Source of the DNA: Novakomyces olei
Taxonomy: Eukaryota
Direction of reading: 5' to 3'
Length of the DNA stretch: 64,000 nt
Assembly (NCBI GenBank): GCA_016906335.1
Contig: JADEYG010000012.1
Span: 310,001-374,000, forward strand
Under the pieces are notes generated by a model. It was not told the DNA's origin. It was given only the letters and a program-made list of their open reading frames with translations, and searched no databases. Within the stretch, counting starts at the first letter, position 1. Every line of letters starts with the position of its first letter. Positions 1 through 13,272 of this stretch are shown one piece after another. The position numbers and the translations under genes were made by a program.

Positions 1-1039
1 CTTCATTTTCGTCAGAGCTCCGTTTTAGAATAGGCGTTCGCACACCGGCAATCAAAACGTTTACAATCTGTTGTTGTCCACCAGGAAGAAAAAGACGGAC
101 CCTCAAAGAGTCTCCAGAGCGGACCTGCTCAACAATGGCTTATGGGTTATTTTTGTATCATACAAAAAAACAATAAAATTTTTAAACAATGTGAGCGTAC
201 CATCCAGCTCTTGGTCCTTGTACTTTAGCAAGAACGTATCCGCCGACTCCAAATCATAATGAGTCAGGGGAGCAGACACTCCCGGTGCCCATACTCCCAC
301 TTCTGATTTCTTTGCAAAAGCTTCGGCGGCAAGTAGCGACTGTACGTAACTTTCGTCGACAGCCTGGCGAGCCTGCACTGCACCTTCGTGCACTTTAGCA
401 TAGCCTTTGCTCACCAGCATGTAGCCGACATCAGGGCCATTAGGAAGACGAACTTGTCCGTACTCTCGTGCTCCAGCTCCGGTGCCTGTTACATAAAGAA
501 CACGAAACTGTACATCTTTGCCGACAAGCAATTGGCGTACTGCTTCACGTGATTCAAAGGCATAGGGCTTTGGTCAGATACATGGCAAATTAAGACGTGA
601 AAAAGACAGGAAAGGTTTGGTAAACGATAGATTTTATATAAAAATAGTGGCCACGTCAGCCGGTGTTGATTAAACAATGAAAAAGTCGTTGAATGAGCAA
701 TTGCATGGGAATTTATCAAATCCAACGTAGACCGTCTGCAAACAGTTACAGTGAACGAATAGCCAATGTATAAAACAAAAAAATAAATTAAAATCCAAAG
801 CTAAAAAACCAAAGTCTAAAATTCAAAGCCTACTTCATCGCCTTCCCGCTTCAGCCGTGGACTGCTCAAAAACGCGAGCGAGAGCGTTCTCTCCGCCGGG
901 AGTCCTTGAGGTTTAGGTTTGCCCTGAAGGACGATAGTATCGCCGCTGGCCGCTAGCAGACAGTTTAGCAAGCAAAGACAAGAGCATTGAAGCATTTACC
1001 AGCCTTGACTTTTGCATTGATGATAGGAACTCCAGCCAT
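1..1039 (-). CDS. snd1: Tudor staphylococcal nuclease (SND1/Tudor-SN), 5' part; runs off the window
   Basis: ATG at 1039. Spliced translation MAGVPIINAKVKA/AASGDTIVLQG..ERTLSLAFLSSPRLKREGDE/PYAFESREAVRQLLVGKDVQF..AKKSEVGVW..AIVEQVRSGDSLRV gives SN-like repeats 1-2. Three GT-AG introns (~954-999, ~568-832, 139-200). Confidence 0.9.
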
Positions 1040-1634
1040 TGCCTTGTTTTCCGGTAGAAGCCTCTGGCGCAATGATGATTGCAATAGGCGTGTGAGGTTA
1101 AATGTACTCTTATTATGGCGTACGTGTCTGAAATTGTTACAATATTGACTACGAATTATTTTGTGGTTTTTACGTCGTGTTTATATGGTCACCACGAATA
1201 AATAAGGACTCGAATTTACATAGTCTTTGTATTGAATGCTTAAGGTTATACTTTAAAGTTACGAGAAACTTTATGCTTTAGAGTCAGTTGGCCACTTATC
1301 GCTTATATTTTGTACAATAAAATGATAGGGCCAATTAAATAGTACGTGGAATTGTCATACCAATAATGTAGCAATAACGTAGCAGTAATGTACGTCAACT
1401 AAAGTATGTCAATGTGTGGCAATAATGTACGGTGGGAATAATATATCAACCGAGGGCATTTGACCGGCGGTCGTGGCTGATTGACAATGTAGAGCAAAAC
1501 AGTTGAAGCGCAATGTATTATTGTACAGTAAAGGATATGCAAAATGCATGTAGAGAATTTACAAACAGAGTATACAAGAAAGAATAGAGATGAAATGCAT
1601 ACATCTGATTTAGCAATAAGTGTAAAGAAGGGTA

Positions 1635-2339
1635 TCAGACAATAACGGTTGGCCGAACAGTGTTGGTGGCAGGCACTGTAGTAAGCCAGGCGTGCCTCAG
1701 TAAAAAATACGTGGCCATCAATGGCGTCATAACCAGTCCCAGAGCCCCACCAAAGATCAATTTGTAAACCTGCGGAAGAGGAAAGTGATTGTAATAAAAG
1801 TCGTTGCCACGTTTATGTCCAATGCCGGCCAGAATGCCCATAGCCACGGGCCAAAACGTTAGAAAAAGCGGTACTGACAGTATCAATGCACGAATTGCAT
1901 CATTAACAAGCCAGAGCCAAAAAAGGCCAACTCGTACCCAAAACTTGTGAGGCTCGGGCGGGTGCCAATCAAACGCAGTAGATTGCAGCCCAAAGTATTG
2001 CCGGATAATGTAAGGCTTCGGCTCGTTTACGATTCCTGCCAGACTTGGAGCTGTGCGATTGCGAATATCAATGCTAACAATAACGTCTTCAATAATCCAC
2101 GTGACCACAGTCTGTACGAATACTGTTACGGCCGCGTCTCCGGAAAATGTATTGGGGAGGCTCCACAGCCGAACCGGGTCAGGTGAAGAATTGTACATGC
2201 CGTAAGCAATTGCAAATTCAATGCCTCCACTTATAATGAAGGAGCCGATGCCGTGCAAGACGAGGATATAGACAAGGCGCCAAAATAAGGACTCGGCAAG
2301 GAATCGTCGAAAACGTGAAGGTTCTTGCTTTGGCTCCAT
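1635..2339 (-). CDS. Fungal multi-pass membrane protein, DUF2456-like
   Basis: Intronless 234 aa ORF with about 4 hydrophobic segments and the motif LWSLPNTFSGDAAVTVFVQTVVTW, recognised from memory as DUF2456. Confidence 0.65.
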   Translation of the reverse strand: MEPKQEPSRFRRFLAESLFWRLVYILVLHGIGSFIISGGIEFAIAYGMYNSSPDPVRLWSLPNTFSGDAAVTVFVQTVVTWIIEDVIVSIDIRNRTAPSLAGIVNEPKPYIIRQYFGLQSTAFDWHPPEPHKFWVRVGLFWLWLVNDAIRALILSVPLFLTFWPVAMGILAGIGHKRGNDFYYNHFPLPQVYKLIFGGALGLVMTPLMATYFLLRHAWLTTVPATNTVRPTVIV

Positions 2340-3364
2340 TAGTGAAAAGCAGTCTGCTCTGCTCCGCTTGTTTGTATTTGAACAGCTTTGGACTTGTATG
2401 CTTTCAAGTACTTTTTCAATGTCAATATGCTCGCTATCTATAAATTAGACTCTTGTTCAACGCATTCAATCGAGGTCGGAAGAAGCACTGCTCAGTTTCT
2501 AGTTCGCTGATGAAAAGATAAGAGTGCAATTGAGTTTATACAATCCCCGAATCAATCGTCGGCCGGAGACTGATCGAGTGCGTAAAAATTGGCTATTTTT
2601 CCAGCAAATATCAATTTTTCAGCGGCCGATTGACAGATTGATTGATCAATTGAATCGAGACTGCGCAATGCCCGCAAACTTCTTTGTCATTGACCAATGG
2701 CCAATTTTTGGGCGCAAATAAAGAAATGCTCCCTCGTAAATTTGCACCGGTACCACCTTTATGCCGGCCTCAACCGCCAGCTTTAGGCAGTGTGTTCTTT
2801 TCTGCCACTAAATTTTGCGACACCTTGACTAGTTTGGTCGAGGCCTTCCTTATTCGGTTATGCATGATGTCACCTAGGCAACAGAAAACCCTTAATTACT
2901 TCTATCTGGACAACAGCCGTTGGCAACGGCTGTACGGTTACTTTATGAGTTGATTAAAATTAATTCATATGAAATTGACAGTAGTATTACTTTGTGCAAG
3001 CAAAATATACGGACGACGTACTTGATCCATATATAATGTGCATATTAAGCGTAATAATACAATCTGACACAAACGGATCCCAAGTAATGCCGATTAAAAC
3101 ATAATAATGTTTAGTCGAGCCGAAAGCATTGTAACTGCCGCGGACCAACCTGACAACGCTTGAATATGTAGTGAATACATTAGTTTTTGATATTTAAACC
3201 TGGGACCAAACATTCAACAATTGTGTTGCAATGAAACTTTCCAAAGAGCCTTTATTCAAACGGCCCACACATTTCATTCTCAGTTCCTCAATCCATTTCT
3301 ATACGCGCGCTCAAAAAACAGTTGTCGCTTTGTTTCACCTTTTATTCCTCTCCGTATGCAAATT

Positions 3365-4628
3365 CTACCTGTTATACACTATATTATCTTCATCCACTTG
3401 CGCCGCACCGTCTCTTAGTTGGCGCATTAATGAGAGAAACGTACTGTTGGCAAACTTTTCATTCTTTTCATGGGCCACTGCTGATAAGAGCCCACCGGCA
3501 ATAGCACTGATCTCTTCGTCTCGATTCACTCGCTTCTCCGGCTCTGCCCAATCAGAGTCAATGTCGCCAGAATGAACAGCTGGACCGGAAATATAGTCCT
3601 TTGAAGCGGGTCCATCTACGGCGTGTAAATGAGGCTCATTATTCTGGCCATAAGCTCGAGTTCGATTTACTGTGCTCTCGAGTGATTGGTCATCGCTTTT
3701 TAATTGTTCAGCGTCCCTCGATTGCTCACTCCCATTTTTGTTCTCACAATTTTCTTTGCCAATCACACCAGAGCCCCCGGCTTTACCGCCCTCCTCTTCA
3801 ATACGTCTGAAGGCCTCTTCAAATAGACTATCCTGCAAGTTTTCTTGCTCGCTCTTCGCTGTCCGCCGACCAGTAGACGGCGCCAAAAAGGGCCGCTGTA
3901 TACTGTTAGAGGCACCATAATTGTAAATTGCTCCCCTCCCCTGATTCACGCGCTGCCAGCTGCCACGGAGCTCCAAGTTCCTTGAGTCTTGTATTGACAA
4001 ACCCGAAAATTCCGTGGTCCAGCTGCTGGGCCCTGTAAAATTTTGAGGTGCACTTGAAAAGCCGTTTTGATTTTGAGGATCAAGTACTTGCTGACCAGAT
4101 GGTCTTAGAGTCGAAGAAAGCTGCTGATTATATGCAAAAGGCTGATTTAGATTATCTTGAAATTGACGATGGACCTGCGCCTGCTGATTCGGGTTTCTGT
4201 CTTGATTTTGAAACAAAGTTTGGCCATTTATATTCAAAGACTGACCGGACTGAAACTGGTCAAACTGTTCTTGATCCGTTTGCAGTTTCGAGCCTCTGAA
4301 AGTGGGACCCTGTGGAATAGGTTAGTGCCTGTCCATTTATCATTATCCTCTCGATTTCATTCATTCATTCATTCATTCATTCATTCATTCATTCATTCAT
4401 TCATTCATTCATTCATTCATTCATTCATTCATTCGTTATTCATTATTCAATCAGCCGTTCAATCACTCCCTCTTCTATTCTTCTTTGGTTTTCCGTCCTT
4501 TTTTTCTCTTTCGCGAATCATACCTGTCTGTTGTTATTTTTACGCAATCCCCGAGAATCGTGCAATGACCAGTCGCGGTCCACGTGAGCAGTCAGCGACT
4601 TTACTGCGCTCGCCGAACACTCTGCCAT
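3365..4628 (-). CDS. PTS2 co-receptor, Pex20/Pex18/Pex21-like peroxin (~349 aa, 2 exons)
   Basis: Exon 1 4628-4524 (MAECSASAVKSLTAHVDRDWSL) has the N-terminal Cys. Intron 4523-4310 is GTATGA..ACTAAC..CAG. Exon 2 4309-3365 has a WxxxF motif (WTTEF) and a C-terminal Pex7-binding motif KFANSTFLSLMRQLRDG. No TPR domain. Confidence 0.8.
4356..4434. repeat. (TTCA)n tetranucleotide microsatellite, ~20 copies, intronic
   Basis: Perfect tandem run inside the peroxin intron. Confidence 0.98.
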
Positions 4629-4851
4629 GTTCCCCGCAAAGTTTCGGTCTAAATTCATATAATATAGGGTTAACAGTTGTGCGCCATACTGTTCATTGAT
4701 AGATAATCTACAATATTACTGCATTGTATTGCTTTTATTATATTGTTATACGACTGATAAACAATATGTAATAATTGTAATAATTGTAATAATGGTAATA
4801 ATTGTCAATTATAATAACTCCTATGTAATAAATTCTTCATCTACACATGTA

Positions 4852-7548
4852 TTAAGCCCTTGAACGTCGGAGAGAAGGCGAATCAGGCTCCATTTCCTGA
4901 ACCTTTCTTTTCTCTGGAGTACAAGGACTGCTTTCTATTGTCAGAGGTTGTATTCCTTCCGGCCTTGTAGCATTTAATAAAGGAGATTTCAACATTTTCT
5001 CAGGACTTGGTGAAGCTGCGACTGCCACAACATCCTGATCAGTTCCCATTCCAGCTTGATCCCATTGCTTGAATTTCTTTTGCGGAGTAGCTCCAATCTG
5101 CACTGAATGTGTTGTGGCACGTCGTTTGCCTTGCAAGTGTGCGAATCGTTTTGGAGGCAATTTGGGTAGAACATTTTTCCAGACCGACTTTTCGCCCTCT
5201 CTCAGCTCGACAGCTAGACGTCGATTTGGCCGGGAGACTCCACGAATAGCTTGACTTAATTGCTGCTTCAAGTCTTCTTCTTTCTCTGCTTTTTTGTCCT
5301 GTGGCCCTAAACCGTCCAGGGCCTCACCAGGCTTTTTGGATTCTAATGCGTTTTTATGGCGAGTCATTGTGATTTGCATACTCTCGAATCTCTGCATTGC
5401 CAACTGTGCTGGAGCAGACGATGACGTCGATGAAGGTTTCAGAGCTAGTCTTGAAGGCGCGGATATAGATCTCTGCAGTCCACTGTCTGAACTGCTTTTT
5501 GCATTTGCTTTGTCGCTTTTCCTTTCATTAATTAATTTAGATTTTACAGGCAAACCGGTATCGTGGGGGGAATTGAGCTTGGCCTTTGATTTTGGCACTG
5601 CTAGCGGGCTTTTGACCATTTTCCGATTGTCTCTTAGCCCAAACCGTTCCCTCATAATATCTACAATCTCAGGGATTCGACGAGAAAAGCTAAATGTAAG
5701 AGAATGATCTGAAAAAGAAGAAAATAAAAGACAAAGTATCAGTGTACTTCCAGAGCCGAGATTAAAATGAACAAATATATGAGTCAATAAAATAAAAATC
5801 TTAGTCAATATATGTAAATGTAAAAATTTGCAAAGCTAAATGTTGTAATGCACAAGACGACTTACAATGGCACTGCAACTTCCGTGTAGAAAAGGGTAAT
5901 CTGATGAGCCAACTGTGATTCATCTGGCGGTTTTCCATCGATAGACATGTTCAATGATACGTCACTTTCCAGACTCTGCCAAATGCAAATCTTATCAATA
6001 ACAATATTAATGTGAGTCCGATACTGTTTTGTCTGCACTTTGAGCCATTTCCTTTTCTTTCTGTCTTGCTCTGTTTTCATGGCCTCATCAAACATGGATA
6101 GAATTTCCGACAAAATTATTATTTCCATTTGAGCGCTTGTCATTAGTAAAACAAATCATATAATGTGACTTTTGATACGATATACTAAATAGAAATGAGA
6201 AACGTAGACCATTAAAAAACAAGTCATAAATTTTTAAAATGATCAAAAAATAAAAAAGGATAAGAAAAATACATGTATAATAAAAAAGTTCAGTTTTAAT
6301 CAAATTTTTAGTATACCTTCTAAGTTTCAGTTTTTCCAAATGCCTTAAAACTGACTGTTTCGAAAGCGTTGAACCGCAATTGGCAATATAAGCAAGAAAG
6401 GCTCGAACTTGCTTTGAGCATTCGTCAATGCCAACGCTTTCGACGGGGCAGTTTTCCTCTGAAAGGGTCTTTAAAGCCCATTGCTTCACTGTATCCCAGG
6501 CTTTCCCACTATCACTGTAGAGACGGAGCAGCATTTCAAGGCACATACTAGCGCCCTCAGTTTCATCCGGAGCTCTTTCATAACAGAAATTTCTTGCGCG
6601 CTTGATTGTCGTTTTAGAAAAAATGATTACAGGCGCAGTTGAAGTGAAAATCGTGCCCAAATAATTGGACTCTAGCATTTCAAAGACATCGATGCCTTCC
6701 GCAATCACGAGAGCTTCACCGCTAGAAACTTCTTGCTCTGCTTCTTTTAATTTTTTCTCAAAGACTGTCTGCGTATAATTGGCATCGCCTTTAGTTTTAT
6801 TGCTCATAATATTGTTTCCTGTCTCGTCGACACTTGCGCTTGTACCGTTTGTAAGGACGCGACTCGTGAATGTTTCGGCATTATCATTCTGGCTCGTAGA
6901 AAGCGCGCATTTCCACGAAAAGCTTTTGCCTTGCAACTTGTCTGCTATAGGGAAAATTGGAGTCTCCCACTTCGCGTAATCCGCTAATCCATATTCTATG
7001 GGGCGGCTCAAACTGCTATCGCTCAAATCATTACGCTGAACCAAACTTTTTATTGCAGAAGCAGTCACAGCAGTGGAAAGCCAACAAATAGCCCAAATTG
7101 ACCGTGTAAAATGCTCTATAAATGCAAAATTCGAGTTTGCCGGCGATGATGGTCCCTTCACTAGCAACACGCGATTCCCATAAACAGAGGGCATTCTTAT
7201 AGAAGTACAGGCGAAAAATTTGGTAGGCTGACGCGATGAAAGCCATGATGGGTGCAATCCGTCGCGTGGGACAATTGCTATTATCTTAAACTCAACATTT
7301 TCCACCGTATCTGCGCCTTCGCGTACCTTTCGTCAAGTCAACAAAATAAACCAAAAATAAAAAGAATAATAATTGATAATTAATAGAATTAAGGAGGAAG
7401 AAAAACGAAAACCAGAGCTTACTGCTATTTTTAAGAGTCCATTGCACCAGTCTTGTGCAGAGGGCAAAGTATCGTCCCCCGTCACCGTCTGTCCATTCAT
7501 AAAAGCATTTTTTATCAACCCATTTGCTCGTGCTGAACGCGTTACCAT
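4852..7548 (-). CDS. sld3: DNA replication initiation factor Sld3 (Treslin family), 4 exons
   Basis: Exons 7548-7423, 7326-6317, 6135-5866 and 5689-4852 join in frame. They give LKLRSAQMEIIILSEIL..IDKICIWQ..FYTEVAVPFFSRRIPE (Cdc45-binding domain) and a C-terminus with SRPNRRLA, VQIGATP and several S/T-P CDK sites. Confidence 0.8.
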
Positions 7549-7883
7549 ACAATGTACTATATGTCGGCGATTACTGTACTTCTAGAACATTTGTATATAT
7601 TAATTTGTATACCCATACAAATATCAAATAAATCGTAAAATAAGACGGCATAAATACAATAAATTATATAATAAACCGTACAATGTAATGACCCATATAA
7701 TAACCCATATAATAGCCCACATAATAAACTAAATGATAAAAGTCAAGAATACATCCTGATGACAAATCTTGACTGAGTTCAATACAGCCATTTCGATTAT
7801 ACAGATTTCATGCACACCTAGTCCAAACATTGGGCATTACTATACCATGAATAAAATACAACTAATATGCTACAGTGTCAACC

Positions 7884-9321
7884 TTAGGTTCGGCCGTAAA
7901 TAGGCGCACCGGCTTTTATTTTATAATTCCTCAGTGCCAAAGTCTCATCTTGCCGATCTCGTTTGCTCCAGCCACCGAGGGCGACAACAATACACGAAGC
8001 ATTATCATTGCCTTGAACCTTAATCCCATAATCTACAACCGCTTTAGCTGCATCAGCAGGTGTCCGTGATACACGAACAAGATCATCAATCTCCTGATCT
8101 GTAGCATTGTCCGTAATTCCATCTGTTACAAGAGCCAAATAAGCATATTCCTCACTCGTGCTAGACACTCGAGTAAACTCAGGTTCCGCAGTAACGCCCA
8201 TCCGCTTCATTAACTCTGATTCGCCAAAGGCTCGCGTATTAGCGAGAGCTCCGAACCGATGCTCTCCAAAGCTGTCAACGGAAAAGGCTTCCGCATGTCT
8301 CCGTAAACGCCGATCCTCCGCCACGTTTGTAGGGTGATGTACTTGTGTAAGACGCTGGACTTTTCCGCCATTAGTCGAGCCTAATAGGCATCGCGTGTCG
8401 CCCACGTGAGCCACATCGATTTCGTATTGATCTGCAGCCCAAAATGGCTGATCGTCCAGCGAGTAAATAAGAACTGCAGTAGCCACGGCGCCAGAAGCAT
8501 CGTTTAGTCTCCGAGCTCGTTTCATCAAGTCCAAGTCTGTCTATAAGAATTAGGAAAAAATTATATACATAAACAATTAATTAATCAATTTACCAAATAA
8601 ACAAATAATTATTATTTATTTATTTTTTGATACATCTGTGCACTTACCTTTATGAAAGCAAGTGACAATCTCTCTTCTACTGTCATTTGCAGATCCGAGG
8701 CTTTTGAAATTGTATCTTGAAATGCTCGAGGGATAGTCCGGCGTCTAAATCCTGGGCTATGGCGCCATTCTTCTTGCACTACATGCAAGTCCAGTTCGTG
8801 CGCATGCTCAATACAATCATGTAAATGCTCATGTACGTAATCTGCGGCAAAGCTGCCTCCGTGTCTTTTAATTAGTAAGAATGGAAAAGGAAATAATAAT
8901 TGAAATAATAATTGAGATAATCAAGAAAAAAATGCACTGGAAAATAGCAAAAGCTAGTTCAAAAGAGCCAATATAAAAAATTTAATTTTGTATTTAAAAA
9001 ATGAATTAAATACGATATAGACCAATGATAAAAGAGGCTAAGATAGTGTTCTAAACCCACGGAAAACGCTCACCCGTCCACAATACAAAAGAAAAACGGT
9101 CCATCAATCGCGTTATCTAACTGAAGACGGTCCATGTACCCGACGCGTTCCCGATCTTCATTAGTGGGTCGGTCGCCGCGCGCCGTTGCAAGGCCAACAT
9201 TTCCAAAAGCTGACTCTATTCTTATACGCGCCTTTTGCTTTCCGCGCAATTGGTACCATTCGCTAAAGTAGCGACAAGTAGTACGCGACCCTGTCGCCCA
9301 CGTCCGAAGGGGAGGGCGCAT
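7884..9321 (-). CDS. PP2C/PPM protein phosphatase, Ptc6/Ptc4-like (probably mitochondrial), 3 exons
   Basis: Exons 9321-9074, 8864-8648 and 8540-7884. Motifs RPTNED, DGHGG (split by an intron), HVGDTR, LANTRAFG, VTDG and DNASCIVV. Arg-rich N-terminus. Confidence 0.88.
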
Positions 9322-9448
9322 CTGCTTAAACAGTGAGCAGCATTTCGTCAGGCGCTAAGCCAAAACGACCATAGGCTTCGAGTATAGAATGGGTTAAAAG
9401 TAAATAGACGACATTGTAAATGTATAGCAATTGTTACATCTATTTTAC

Positions 9449-9505
<57 letters not shown>
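9449..9505. repeat. (AAT)19 microsatellite
   Basis: Perfect run ending 16 nt before the TAF10 ATG, within the 200-bp divergent PP2C/TAF10 gap. Confidence 0.98.
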
Positions 9506-9506
<1 letters not shown>

Positions 9507-9521
9507 GCTCACACTGATCAA

Positions 9522-10216
9522 ATGGCAGATTCTGGAGAGGATCAGACTCACTCTGGTCAATCAGCACAGCCTCCGTCTGAGCCTCAATTGGCCGCGAACG
9601 AAAGTGTGGATGCGGCAATGAACGGCGGAGGAGATGAGAATATTCCGTCCGGAGAAGTGTCAATAAAAGAGGAAGAGGAAGACTCTACTAGCAGTGTTGA
9701 AGAAGAAGAGCCCCCGATAACAGAGCAGCAGGAAGCAGCAGAGCAGCATCAGGCACAAGTAAACGAGTCTAAAGACGATGCGCTACGTAAAATATTAGAG
9801 AAGATGGACCGTTACGCACCAATCTTCCCAGATATTGTCCTGGATCATTATCTATCTACTGCTGGATTCGCTTGCTCTGACGTACGCGTTAAACGGCTTA
9901 TTGGCCTGGCTGCTCAAAAGTTTATGTCTGACATTGCACAAGACGCTTATCAGTATTCTCGGATTCGATCTGGAACAGGCGGAAGTTCTGCTTCTGCTCC
10001 AGCTGCCGCAGGCGCTGCCGGTGCTTCTTCTGCACGCCACAGAGCTGTAGGTTTTGCAATTCTTTTGATAATTAACTGTTCACTATGCTTTTCTCTTGTA
10101 ACTGCTCGCTAATTTTGGTTTAGGACCGCAATCGCACTGTACTAACAATGGACGATTTGAGTGCCGCCTTGTCAGAATACGGGGTTGTTCTGCGGAGGCC
10201 AGAATTCTATCGATAG
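9522..10216 (+). CDS. taf10: TFIID/SAGA subunit TAF10, 2 exons
   Basis: [52 protein letters not shown]. After intron 10047-10123 it continues [27 protein letters not shown]. Confidence 0.95.
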
Positions 10217-10409
10217 GTGGATGAGATGCTTTGTTTTAAGAGTTTATACAATTGTAAATAGATGATTTATTTGTGCGAATAAAATACTGCTGGTTGTACA
10301 GGGCAAGACTGTAGCAAAGTATGACGATTAAGCAGTGCTTTAAATGCTCCAATTGGTGTGAAATTATTCAGAAACTTTGAAAAGAATTTAAGCTGCTGCT
10401 TTAATTCTT

Positions 10410-12368
<1,959 letters not shown>

Positions 12369-12575
12369 TTAATTTATACTTTTAATGGGATTATATGCGT
12401 CCTCTTTTCCTTTTGCGGTGGATCCGCGATTCAAGATTTTTATGTATGATAAGGTGCAATGTGTTGCATGGGATACTCTATTTATAGTGTAATATAATAA
12501 TGACAATTCGTTTGAGTGGCAGACACATATTAGTAGCAAAACGTAGTTACAGTGTGAGAAATATAAACCGTTAAT

Positions 12576-13018
<443 letters not shown>

Positions 13019-13272
13019 ACATGTCGCACGTACGTAATCGCAAATATGCAGCAATCCTGAAAGCGTAGGCGTCATTCCCAAAAAACCCTCACCGGCCGTG
13101 TCACGTGACCAGATCGAACTCAGCAAATAAACCTCCAAACCAGGTCGCAGATCAACGGCAATAAGGATAAAAAGCGGCGTTGAGTACGAGACTTGAGCAG
13201 AGGATTAGTATTTTTTGCTTACTACGGTCTTTATTGTGGAGCCTTTAAACGGCCTAAAGCTCTTACGCTACT

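Noticed and set aside
1072-1131. Possible C/D snoRNA (ATGATGA..CTGA with a short terminal stem)
   Set aside because: Only 60 nt, lies in the SND1 promoter/5' UTR, and I found no 10-nt or longer guide match to the rRNA in this window.
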